64,000 bases of DNA from Patescibacteria group bacterium (GTDB lineage: Bacteria; Patescibacteriota; WWE3; UBA101185; 2-01-FULL-41-18), in assembly GCA_038064575.1 (NCBI GenBank), contig JBBTST010000008.1, forward strand, positions 2,458 through 66,457. The letters are read 5' to 3'. Shown in pieces: positions 41,906-51,080 of this stretch (position 1 is its first letter; each line of letters opens with the position of its first letter). The position numbers were made by a program, and so were the translations under genes. Under the pieces are notes generated by a model, which saw only the letters and a program-made list of their open reading frames with translations, had not been told where the DNA came from and searched no databases.

Positions 41906-42571
41906 TTAGGAAACGATTCTCTTTAGAAAAAGCCCGGTAAGCACGAGTCCGACACCATAAATGGTAAAGAGTACCGTATCCTCGCTTCCTGTCTTTGGAA
42001 GCTCTTTTAATCCGTACCCATAGCATACTGTAGCTGTATCGCTCGCGACAGTTTTAAGTTTACCATCCTCTTCATCTTTCAATTTTACCTCGTTTACAAC
42101 ACATTTCTGAACCCCAGTCTGGTACTCGATATCCTTAACTCTAGCAGTAATACAAAAAACCTTGACCGCGTTTCCAACACCGCTACAGCCATCTACCTTT
42201 GTGTCGTCACCGTTATCAATAACTTCAATCACCTCGGTTAGGGAACCTGTAAGCTTTTCAAGTTCCTTAGGGAGGCTGTCAATAACCTCAAGGTCCTTAC
42301 CATCAACATCACCTATGTTAGTTACGACGATTCTAAAGGTTAAAACGTCACCTTTCTTAACACCCTCAACCTTGTCCTCAAACTTATCGGCACCGTTCAC
42401 CTTAACCTTCTTTTCTATTCTAAATCCACGATCGCACTCTTTTCCCCCACCATAGGTTCTATCGCATGAGTTGGCAAAGGATAGAATGGTAAAAGAGTAT
42501 ACTGTAGCAACAATGCCTATAGCAAAGATTAGAGCTAAAACTATTAATTTTTTGGTCAATAAAGTAGTCAT
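41906..42571 (-). CDS. DUF11-domain surface protein with LPKTG sorting signal
   Basis: IEKKV..GDVLTFRIVVTNIG..VIDSLP..VVNEV; LPKTG + TM + KR. Confidence 0.85.
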   Translation of the reverse strand: MTTLLTKKLIVLALIFAIGIVATVYSFTILSFANSCDRTYGGGKECDRGFRIEKKVKVNGADKFEDKVEGVKKGDVLTFRIVVTNIGDVDGKDLEVIDSLPKELEKLTGSLTEVIEVIDNGDDTKVDGCSGVGNAVKVFCITARVKDIEYQTGVQKCVVNEVKLKDEEDGKLKTVASDTATVCYGYGLKELPKTGSEDTVLFTIYGVGLVLTGLFLKRIVS

Positions 42572-42729
42572 AAATAGTCCTTTTACCAAACTAAAATAAC
42601 AAGGGAATTAGCTTCACCTAAAGGAAAACCGGAATCTCTAGGAAAAGCAAATCCCCTTGCTAATTACAGCTATTTGCAGGATGTATTTTGGACAGAGGGA
42701 TTATATAGGATAAAAGCTAACTCGTCAAG

Positions 42730-45700
42730 CTATAGGTTATAACGGTTTTTTTGGGTCCGTGACCTCAAAGGACTTGCTATTTTTCCAGAAAGGGTTAGAA
42801 AGAACCCTCCTATAAGAAAAAAGCCTAAAACCTCCAAAATCTGGGGCCAGAAAAAGATCAATAAATATCTGGTTTTGCCATTAACCAACCACCCATTCGA
42901 CCAATTATTTACAACCACATGTTTAAAAGGCGGCCAAGTTAACCACCCCTGTTCAAAAGATTGATTCAGTGTTACTAAACCCTCTACACCCTGCTCATCA
43001 GATGAAGACAATAAAACCAAATAAAATGGATTAAAGCCCATTACATTCTCAACTCCTGCTAAATTACTTATTGAATCATTATTTCCTATATTAATCGATT
43101 GAATCCATGAAAAAGGAACAGGATAAAATTTAATAGATTTTAAGTGATTCACTGAAGGTACAAGCCCAAAAGACAAATTGTCCACATCAACACCATATCC
43201 ATATTTATCACCATCTAGGGTCGGAAGTATAAAATATTCTTTAGTAAAAGATCTTGTAGGCAATAAAGTAGTGTAGAGGTCACAACGTTTTGTAATATAG
43301 TTGACCACACAAAGTCTGAGGGGCAACCCAGAAACATTTTTGGCTTCAATTTCTATTAGATAAGTTCTAAGTTGAGATAGATCAGCAATAGGATAATGAT
43401 CACAGGTAAATCCATTAGTGACAGAATATTCCACATAACCTTCATGAAAGACTTTATCAAAATCTTTAGGTACCCCATAACTGCATGGAGTGGACTTGTT
43501 TGATTTATCAAAAACAGGTAAAGTAGCCCCAAAACGCGAAAGCCTAGAATTTACGTTAAGTGTGCCATCTGTAACTATTGAAGCAGAAGTTGGAAAAGAA
43601 GCTAGCTTTTCAATCTCATTCTTTGAAAGCAAAACTGTAAATTCAGGCAAATAATATGACACAGTTAAATCCCTATATATCCCTGTTATATCCTCATTCT
43701 CCCCAACTCCATCTAACATTAACCTTAAAAAGTAAGAATCAGATTGATCTAAATCTACAAATGTCCTATAAATCCAATGCGAATTGTGAGTTCTAAATGA
43801 GTCCGTAATACATCTTCCCGTGATACTATTTAAGATACAAAGAAGTGGCTCCTTGTCCCCCTCAAACTCATAAGCAATTTCTACAATTGATTTACCCTTA
43901 ACTGAAGGCACACCTTTACTCAATTTATTAAGTGGGATTGTGAGACAGGATTTTACATTCCTAGCAAAAAGGCTAGTGCCTGAAGCATCAGATTTAAAGC
44001 CAAAAGATTGGTTTGTGTCAACAAAACTACAACTCTCAGGCTTAATAGCTAAATCTGAGAAGACAACTTTATGATCTTTGATAAACTTGCTACCAAAAAA
44101 GGCTAGTGAAACATCCTCCCCAAGCATAAGTTCCGCTTCTTCCGGTCTTTTCAAAATAGACTCAAGGGAAATTATAGTTTCCCTAACATTTAACAGATAG
44201 TTCTTATTCTGAGAGCTACTTATTGGAACTTTTAAACTGTTACCATTAACCATGCCTGAAACGCTTGGCAGGCCTGGAGTGATTGTAAGACTCGAACTTT
44301 CAGAATCTCGAAAAGCAGCCAAAGTAACAGGCAAAACTTTTTCAAAAACCGAATAAGCGGGTAAATTTATCTTCTGGTTATTATTCAAAGATCTAGCCTC
44401 AAACTTATAAGAACCCGCAAATGCTGAAAACAACTCCGTATTTAGCGATTCGTTAATTGTAAAGATGTTTCTAAAAGGGTAAGACGCTGAATTCTTGGTA
44501 TTTTGATCATCTGAGACATAGTCCCCTCTTATGTAGGCTGTATCCAAATAAGATCTGGACATTTCAGGCTTCACAGAATAAAAAGAGTCAGGTGTTTCAA
44601 CTAAATCTCTTTTTTTATTAACTTTATAGACCCTTAACCCACCACCAAAATCTCTCTCAAGTACAATTGAGGCTTTATCAAGCATAGATTTAAGAACATT
44701 CAAATTTAGGGCTGTCTTATCCACACCTGGAGAAAAAACACTTTCATCTACAAGAACCCAAGAAACCTGATACTTATCTAAAACACGTTCAAACAGGTTA
44801 GAATCTCCTTTATATAATGCATAGGAAATCTCTCTATAATACTGTTCATTTCGAGGGTCCCACCTATCAAATTCTCTATCTAATAAGGGTTGCTTTATGC
44901 CAAACCATAAAAACCCAGCTCCCTGATAACCAAGCATGTTGTTTTCATTCCAGTTGTAATAAACCCAACCCCAGAAGGAATGCACAGGAAAGTTTGCTAC
45001 ACGTTCAGTATCTCCTTGTTCACTAAAGAACTTAAACATATCAAAATATCTTTGGGGTATAGTCACACGCATAGTAGGGCTTACTAAACCACCCCTAAAA
45101 ACTGGAAACATAAAATAGCCAAACAAAAACAAATAAATTAAGGAATAAGAAATGAATGCAAAATTAGAAAACTTACCCCGGAACTCAAACAAGTTTGTTA
45201 AACGGGCGTGAAAAATACCAAAAAAGGTTGAGTAGGAAAAAGCAAGTAAAATAGAAAACTTAGTAAAAGGCAGGCGGAAAGCCTCCCTAAATAGGGAAAC
45301 ATTACTTTGGAAAAAACCAAAAACTGAACCCAGAGGCCCATTTGTGGTCAACAAAAAAAATACTGAGAAAAGCATCAGTGCCAAAAATGGAAGACTGACT
45401 TTGTCCCTTTTAAAAAAGGTATAAACTGCTCCAAGAATAATTAAAAAGAAGAAATAATAACCAATCTTTAAGACAAAAGGCTCTTTCTGGTGAGAAACCC
45501 ATTCATCTAACAAATTTCCAAAATTTCCGTTTCCCACATGCTCTCCCCAACTAAATAGAAAACCCTTTAAAATGGCCAAATCTTGAAAATTCCCGTATGT
45601 TTTATTTTGTAAGAATGCTTCTTGGGAAAAGAGATAGTGAATTTTAGACTCCTGAACTTGTTTTCCATGACCTAATACAAAATAAAGGTTTGGAAGAAGC

Positions 45701-46431
45701 CAAAAAGAATTTAGTAAAAAAGTTAGTAACAGTATGTAAAAAACGTTTTTTAACCCTTGAACACTAAAATCGCCTAACAGGAGAATTAGTAAATATAAGA
45801 CAAGGGCACCAAAAAATACAAACCATAGAGTAGAAGTATGAGCCATAGAAGTCCCAAGAAGTGAAAATGCAGAAAAGAGAAGAACATTTCTTTTAGACCT
45901 GTTTTTAAAAAGGTTGTAGGAACAATAAAAAAGCCATGGCAGCAAGGCGTAATGAACAGCAAACATTTCAAGGGGTACATAAAATTGCTGTAGAGTACCC
46001 AAATTAAGCAAATAAAAGAGGGCACCTAAAAAAGCTCCTACTTTTGAAGACCTCTCCAACAGACCTTCTAATACAACTCTTTTCAAAAGTACATATACAC
46101 CCAAAGGCCCAACTAAAAGGCATAAAAAAAAGAATACGTACCTTACCAGTGAAAGTGGAAGAAATATATCCAACAAAAAAAGTACTGGTAGCCGTGTAAT
46201 TTCAGAGGCATGGGCTTGAGTGGCAACTGCCCCCAAACCCTGATGAGGTTGCCAAGCACCAAATACCACTCTTTTCAAATAGGAGGAGTAATTGAATTCG
46301 GGATGAAGTGTATCCCATCCCGTAAGAAAGGTTTTAGCCTCATAATTTCTAACCGAAATAAAAAGACCCAATAAAATCAAGGTCAAAACGGGTAAGTGGT
46401 TTTTTATAAAGTTAAAAATCTTTTCTTTCAT
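42730..46431 (-). CDS. Large GT-C (YfhO/AftD-like) membrane glycosyltransferase with extracellular domains
   Basis: GWD motif, ~12 TMs, FRLPFTKF, C-terminal QSFEQGW..NNWSNGW + TM. Confidence 0.75.
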   Translation of the reverse strand: MKEKIFNFIKNHLPVLTLILLGLFISVRNYEAKTFLTGWDTLHPEFNYSSYLKRVVFGAWQPHQGLGAVATQAHASEITRLPVLFLLDIFLPLSLVRYVFFFLCLLVGPLGVYVLLKRVVLEGLLERSSKVGAFLGALFYLLNLGTLQQFYVPLEMFAVHYALLPWLFYCSYNLFKNRSKRNVLLFSAFSLLGTSMAHTSTLWFVFFGALVLYLLILLLGDFSVQGLKNVFYILLLTFLLNSFWLLPNLYFVLGHGKQVQESKIHYLFSQEAFLQNKTYGNFQDLAILKGFLFSWGEHVGNGNFGNLLDEWVSHQKEPFVLKIGYYFFFLIILGAVYTFFKRDKVSLPFLALMLFSVFFLLTTNGPLGSVFGFFQSNVSLFREAFRLPFTKFSILLAFSYSTFFGIFHARLTNLFEFRGKFSNFAFISYSLIYLFLFGYFMFPVFRGGLVSPTMRVTIPQRYFDMFKFFSEQGDTERVANFPVHSFWGWVYYNWNENNMLGYQGAGFLWFGIKQPLLDREFDRWDPRNEQYYREISYALYKGDSNLFERVLDKYQVSWVLVDESVFSPGVDKTALNLNVLKSMLDKASIVLERDFGGGLRVYKVNKKRDLVETPDSFYSVKPEMSRSYLDTAYIRGDYVSDDQNTKNSASYPFRNIFTINESLNTELFSAFAGSYKFEARSLNNNQKINLPAYSVFEKVLPVTLAAFRDSESSSLTITPGLPSVSGMVNGNSLKVPISSSQNKNYLLNVRETIISLESILKRPEEAELMLGEDVSLAFFGSKFIKDHKVVFSDLAIKPESCSFVDTNQSFGFKSDASGTSLFARNVKSCLTIPLNKLSKGVPSVKGKSIVEIAYEFEGDKEPLLCILNSITGRCITDSFRTHNSHWIYRTFVDLDQSDSYFLRLMLDGVGENEDITGIYRDLTVSYYLPEFTVLLSKNEIEKLASFPTSASIVTDGTLNVNSRLSRFGATLPVFDKSNKSTPCSYGVPKDFDKVFHEGYVEYSVTNGFTCDHYPIADLSQLRTYLIEIEAKNVSGLPLRLCVVNYITKRCDLYTTLLPTRSFTKEYFILPTLDGDKYGYGVDVDNLSFGLVPSVNHLKSIKFYPVPFSWIQSINIGNNDSISNLAGVENVMGFNPFYLVLLSSSDEQGVEGLVTLNQSFEQGWLTWPPFKHVVVNNWSNGWLVNGKTRYLLIFFWPQILEVLGFFLIGGFFLTLSGKIASPLRSRTQKNRYNL

Positions 46432-48457
46432 ACTCTCTTGCTTCAAAAGAAGCATCCCCCACTCTCCATTTCACATGCACAACTTTCTTACAATCAGACC
46501 CGCAATGTCCTTTTTCTACCAAAGGTCTTCTTATTTCAGAGATTAGCTCTGAAACTAAGCCGTTTTTCTTACATAAGGTTGCTCCTCGATGCGGGAGGTT
46601 ATAGACATCTAAAACACTTTGGTGTTCAACATTTTCAAGCTGAAGTATGTATAAAACTCCTTCCTGATAATCTCTGGAAATTTTATCTATGGCAAAATGG
46701 CCTGTGTAAAAAAGGTATGTCGTATTCTTTTCCAGTTTTATTGACTCAATGCCATCATAAAACCCTGCCGATTGGATACAAGACTCGTTTTGAACTCCCC
46801 CAAGAACCTTTCTCTTAAATACATGCACAACATTTCCGTCCGGTGAATTAAAAAATTTTATGGCTTCAAATTTAGTATTTTCCAAGGAAGATAAATAACC
46901 TAGAACCTGATTTAAAGTTTGATAATTTCTAAGACCTTCAGGTCCGGGATCTATTGGCGCAACAATATAATCTACGTAATTATCTTCAAAATATTTTGCA
47001 ACTTCTGCATAATTCTTAAATGGCTCAAATTGGAAATAAGGTACAGGAACGTACATATTACTATATTTCATTTCCCTTCTTAGCATCTCAAAAGTGGCCA
47101 GGGAAAAGTTTTTAGAATCTACCAATGTTGTAACCCCCAAACCTTTATCAAGTGGGTAAGAAGCATCTTTGTATATAAAAGTCAGCACGTCTTTTACAGG
47201 CCAAACGTTTGGCTCATAGGAATAGATTGTTGGGTTATAAAACCAATCCATATAATTTGGCCCTGCCAAGACCAAACCAATGGATTTAAGCAAGCTGCTT
47301 TGAGGCTTGAACTGGTTAAAGGACAGAAAAAAAGAACTAAGTACAATATAGACACTACAAACTATAACAACAATAGGAAAAGAAGCCCTACTCTTCTCTT
47401 TAATTCTTAATAACAAATAAGAAGCAAAGAGAGCGAAGTAAGGGGTCATGGGCAACAGATATCTTAAGTTCTTATTTCTTATAAAGGTAAAAACGAGAAG
47501 AGGAAAAAATATTGATAGTAATAAAACTACCCCCTGTTTTTTATCCTTCCTCAGGTACAAAATAAAACCCACTATAGTCATAAGAAAAGGCAGAAATAAT
47601 AGCTGATAAACCATGATTCTTACAGGGTAGTAGAAAAAGCTTTGCAAACTCCATAAGTTTTGAGGGTCGTCTAATTCCGGCTGTGAGAAAATTGAGGAAA
47701 ATCGGATGAGATCGTTAAAGTTAACCAAGTACCAAGGAAGAACCATTATAATAAAGAACACTATTCCAAACAAAGTGTTTCTCAGAACTAGTCTTCTGAG
47801 GCTTTTGTCTGCAGTTTTAAGTGTTCCTATGATTAAATACGAAGTGGGCACAATAAGATAAATGAAAGCATACCACTTAGTAAGCTGGGCTAAACCAAAA
47901 AGAACAAAGAAGATAAAGGCTTGTCTTGTTTTGGTTAAACCCTGGGAAAGAACTACATAGTACAAAGCCATTATTGTCAGAGAAACAAGAGGCAGGTCCA
48001 AATGAAACACACGAGCTTGGCTTGTAACCTCAGGGAAAAAAGAGAAAAAGAATGCCGATAAGAGGGCTATGTCTCTATCCTCGCTCAAAAGCAATATCAG
48101 TTTGAATAAATAAATAATAGCCAACAAAAAGAAAACAAGACTGATATAAATGATCTTTTCGGAACTATATCCAAAAAGTAAAGCTACAAAAGACCCAAGG
48201 ATTTGTACAAAAGGAGGGTAGTAATTTGACGATTTAATAATGTCCGTAATTGATGAAGTGTTTACCAACAATCCTTTCATTTTGTCGGCAATCAAGAAAC
48301 TTGTTCCAATATGCCCTGCACTATCCCAAGTCTGATAACTCCTATTTAGGATCTGAAAAACAACAAAATAAATTGCGTGAAAAATACAGAGAAATAGAAG
48401 AGGAAGGTTTTTTGCTTTATTTCTTAGTAGAGCCCACATACAAAAATTATAGATCAA
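46412..48457 (-). CDS. ArnT/PMT-like GT-C glycosyltransferase with unrecognised C-terminal domain
   Basis: WDSAGH, YYPP, HLD, LTKW, LPWY and RYLLP. Confidence 0.85.
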   Translation of the reverse strand: MIYNFCMWALLRNKAKNLPLLFLCIFHAIYFVVFQILNRSYQTWDSAGHIGTSFLIADKMKGLLVNTSSITDIIKSSNYYPPFVQILGSFVALLFGYSSEKIIYISLVFFLLAIIYLFKLILLLSEDRDIALLSAFFFSFFPEVTSQARVFHLDLPLVSLTIMALYYVVLSQGLTKTRQAFIFFVLFGLAQLTKWYAFIYLIVPTSYLIIGTLKTADKSLRRLVLRNTLFGIVFFIIMVLPWYLVNFNDLIRFSSIFSQPELDDPQNLWSLQSFFYYPVRIMVYQLLFLPFLMTIVGFILYLRKDKKQGVVLLLSIFFPLLVFTFIRNKNLRYLLPMTPYFALFASYLLLRIKEKSRASFPIVVIVCSVYIVLSSFFLSFNQFKPQSSLLKSIGLVLAGPNYMDWFYNPTIYSYEPNVWPVKDVLTFIYKDASYPLDKGLGVTTLVDSKNFSLATFEMLRREMKYSNMYVPVPYFQFEPFKNYAEVAKYFEDNYVDYIVAPIDPGPEGLRNYQTLNQVLGYLSSLENTKFEAIKFFNSPDGNVVHVFKRKVLGGVQNESCIQSAGFYDGIESIKLEKNTTYLFYTGHFAIDKISRDYQEGVLYILQLENVEHQSVLDVYNLPHRGATLCKKNGLVSELISEIRRPLVEKGHCGSDCKKVVHVKWRVGDASFEAREYERKDF

Positions 48458-48518
48458 ATCTAATCAAAACACATGGTCGAGTAAGTTCCATGCTAAGAAA
48501 GATCAGGCACAAAAAGTA

Positions 48519-48557
48519 AAACGGACGTCATGAGGGTTTAATTCATAACGTCCGTTT
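48519..48557 (-). terminator. Terminator closing the tubulin-like operon
   Basis: AAACGGACGTYATGA inverted repeat with a U-rich tail. Confidence 0.65.
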
Positions 48558-48591
48558 GGGTGAGCCTACAAAGTTTTTGCGCGGGCGAGGA

Positions 48592-49380
48592 CTACGGGGC
48601 CGGTGAGGTCATCATCGGAGCGTAGACCATCTTGGCGCGCAGGAAGTTGTAGTCGGTGCGGGCTACCTTGCCATCGGGTGTCATGATGAAGTGCACACCC
48701 CCCACCGTATCGCAGTCGTACCCGCAATGGTGATTGAGCGGGTCCAACAGGGCGACGCCGGCAAGGTTTGCCATGCTCGGGTGGTCATCGGTGGCCGGGT
48801 CTTGATCAAACCCGTGGTAGTCAGCCAGTGAAGTCCCATCGGCCGGAATGCCCGAACATTTGAAAGGCACCGGCGCAGCAGTCTGATTCTCAAAGATCAG
48901 AATGTAAAGCGTGCCAGCTTTGTACTGATACACCACAGTCTGATCCCCAAAGGTGCAGGTGCCATGGCCCGTGAACATCACGTAGGCACCTTGCGATTGG
49001 ACAGAGACACCAGGGCTCGTTTCAGCCGACTCCACAAAGGCCGTCGACTGCCCCTTCCATTTGGTAGCCTGCTCAAACCCGCGAGCCTGGTCAGCTACCT
49101 CAAACGTCCACTGCTCAAAGGCAGTGGTGTAGAAGGCCGGCAGGACCGGGGTAGGAACAGCAGTGGGGGGTTCAAAGGTTGGCGGCACCACGGTTGCGGT
49201 TTCCGTCGGGGGCGGGGCAACCGTTGGGGTAACGCTCAAAGTAGCACCCGAGGTTGCAGCAGGTCCGCGCGTTGAGGTGGCCTCGCTGCCAAATTCCACG
49301 ACCGCTTCGGGCTGCCCCTGTTGACAGGCCCCAAGCAGCAGCGCCAGGGTTAGAACCACGATTCGAAACTTGGTCTTCAT
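48592..49380 (-). CDS. Lipoprotein with P/T-rich linker and HCGxDC domain
   Basis: Lipobox LLGAC; GC-rich; SD AAGGAG. Confidence 0.8.
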   Translation of the reverse strand: MKTKFRIVVLTLALLLGACQQGQPEAVVEFGSEATSTRGPAATSGATLSVTPTVAPPPTETATVVPPTFEPPTAVPTPVLPAFYTTAFEQWTFEVADQARGFEQATKWKGQSTAFVESAETSPGVSVQSQGAYVMFTGHGTCTFGDQTVVYQYKAGTLYILIFENQTAAPVPFKCSGIPADGTSLADYHGFDQDPATDDHPSMANLAGVALLDPLNHHCGYDCDTVGGVHFIMTPDGKVARTDYNFLRAKMVYAPMMTSPAP

Positions 49381-49416
49381 TTTTTTTCTCCTTCAAAGTT
49401 TCGTAGGCCGATTTGC

Positions 49417-49878
49417 CTACTTAAGATTAACCTGAAGCGGAAACGCACACCGCGTTTCGCTACCAGGGGCTTGAATCACAACCGTTTTGCCGATTTCAGC
49501 GGGAGTGATTTCAATCCGCTGGTTGCTTAAATCTGTATGAGCCGGCAAAACCCACACAGGAACCTCGTTGCCGCAATTGTCCTCGACCACATTTTGTCCG
49601 GATTTTAAACTCACGACATCGTGAGAAAAGATTCGGAGTGTCACAATGCCAAGCGTGGCACAAAGTATGGTTGAAACAATCACAAGCCCAATCACGGAAG
49701 TCCTCTTGTGCCTACCCGCCAGTTCCCACAACATTTCCAGTGCAGGAATGATGTAAGTAGCGAAGACGTTCTGAGAGACCTCCACAATTTCTTCGTTGGC
49801 TTCCTTCCAATCTCCTTGATGCCTCAAAATCACAAAGGCACAGTAGAGAACCAGAAGTACCAGGATAAAAGTAACCAC
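49417..49878 (-). CDS. Membrane protein (2 TM + small C-terminal domain)
   Basis: GTG start; SD AAGGAG. Confidence 0.75.
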   Translation of the reverse strand: MVTFILVLLVLYCAFVILRHQGDWKEANEEIVEVSQNVFATYIIPALEMLWELAGRHKRTSVIGLVIVSTILCATLGIVTLRIFSHDVVSLKSGQNVVEDNCGNEVPVWVLPAHTDLSNQRIEITPAEIGKTVVIQAPGSETRCAFPLQVNLK

Positions 49879-49894
49879 GGCTTATCTCCTTACT

Positions 49895-50284
49895 CTACTT
49901 CAACCTTGGCCCATTAGCCTTGGTTTGCGCATAGATTCGCTGTTGGTGCCATCTACCACCTAAGTAGCAGACAAAACCAAACAGCAATATCCCCAATAGC
50001 CCCGGGAGAGCCTCAGCACCAAGTTTAACAAGAGGCGCAGCAAATCCGGGCAAACTCGCAAGGACAGGACCAAGCGAGAGAAACCCACCGAATTGGAACT
50101 CGGGCAACTCCAGTTCAAAAAGTAGCAGGATGAATGGAATAGTTACCACCCACCACCACTTTTTCAGAAAGAGTTTAAGTTTCTTCCACCAGCTGGGAGT
50201 AAGATTCACATCCCCGGTGATAGAAACAACTCGCCCGGTGAAAAATCGATGGATAATCCAGTAGATTCTCCTAAAAAGTTTCAT
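49895..50284 (-). CDS. Membrane protein
   Basis: W/K-rich amphipathic N-terminus + TMs; SD AAGGAGG. Confidence 0.75.
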   Translation of the reverse strand: MKLFRRIYWIIHRFFTGRVVSITGDVNLTPSWWKKLKLFLKKWWWVVTIPFILLLFELELPEFQFGGFLSLGPVLASLPGFAAPLVKLGAEALPGLLGILLFGFVCYLGGRWHQQRIYAQTKANGPRLK

Positions 50285-50515
50285 TTGGCTTCCTCCTTAA
50301 TCTCTAGCCATAGATTCAAGTCTTCAAACCTAAATTAAGCCTTCCATCTAAAGCCAGGGTTTAAGAATTAAACTATCGATTAGGGTTAATACAGAGAATA
50401 AGGTTATGTGTATGCAGATCTTCATAATTACTTATTAAGAAGGATCAACACACTTTGAAAGGGTGGAAACACGGTAATACTTGTATTTCCACCCTTTTAG
50501 TTGAACCCTCAGTTA

Positions 50516-51007
50516 TTATTCTTCCAAGGGCTCAGTTGATGGTTTCTGTGCGGGTTTTGGGGCAGTCTTCTTGCGCTTCAGGTTTGCCAGAAACAGCATG
50601 ACCCAAATGCCAGAAACGAAACTGATCCCCATACAGCCCCCAATCGGAACTGGATACGCTCTTCCTGGCTCGATTGCGAACCAGAGGACGATGCGACCGA
50701 CCATCTCAAGCACCCATTCAATGAGACTCAAGAAACCAGGCATGATCCGGAAAGTCCCGAGCAAGGAGATGATCACCAAGACAGCCAGCAGAACATACAA
50801 AGGAAGCAGATTCGTGGTAGCCTCCTTCTCCTGCGGAGCGATCTCAGCGGTAGCCGACGGGGAAACCAAAACGACTGCTTGTCCTTCCTCGGGGGCAGGT
50901 GCCGGAGCTGGCGGAAGGCTGTCGAGCGGATCATCATCCACTTCGGCAGTGTGTTCCTGTGCAACGGGAGTTTTTGCCTCCACAGACTTCTTTGTTACTT
51001 TTTTCAT
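50516..51007 (-). CDS. Membrane protein with acidic/Pro-rich N-terminal region
   Basis: 2-3 TMs; SD GGAGG. Confidence 0.75.
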   Translation of the reverse strand: MKKVTKKSVEAKTPVAQEHTAEVDDDPLDSLPPAPAPAPEEGQAVVLVSPSATAEIAPQEKEATTNLLPLYVLLAVLVIISLLGTFRIMPGFLSLIEWVLEMVGRIVLWFAIEPGRAYPVPIGGCMGISFVSGIWVMLFLANLKRKKTAPKPAQKPSTEPLEE

Positions 51008-51080
51008 GTTTTATCCTCCAAACATTTGAAGGAGGGAGCTCAACTTAATGTTCTAAGAAGAGCTCCCTCAGAATCGATAA

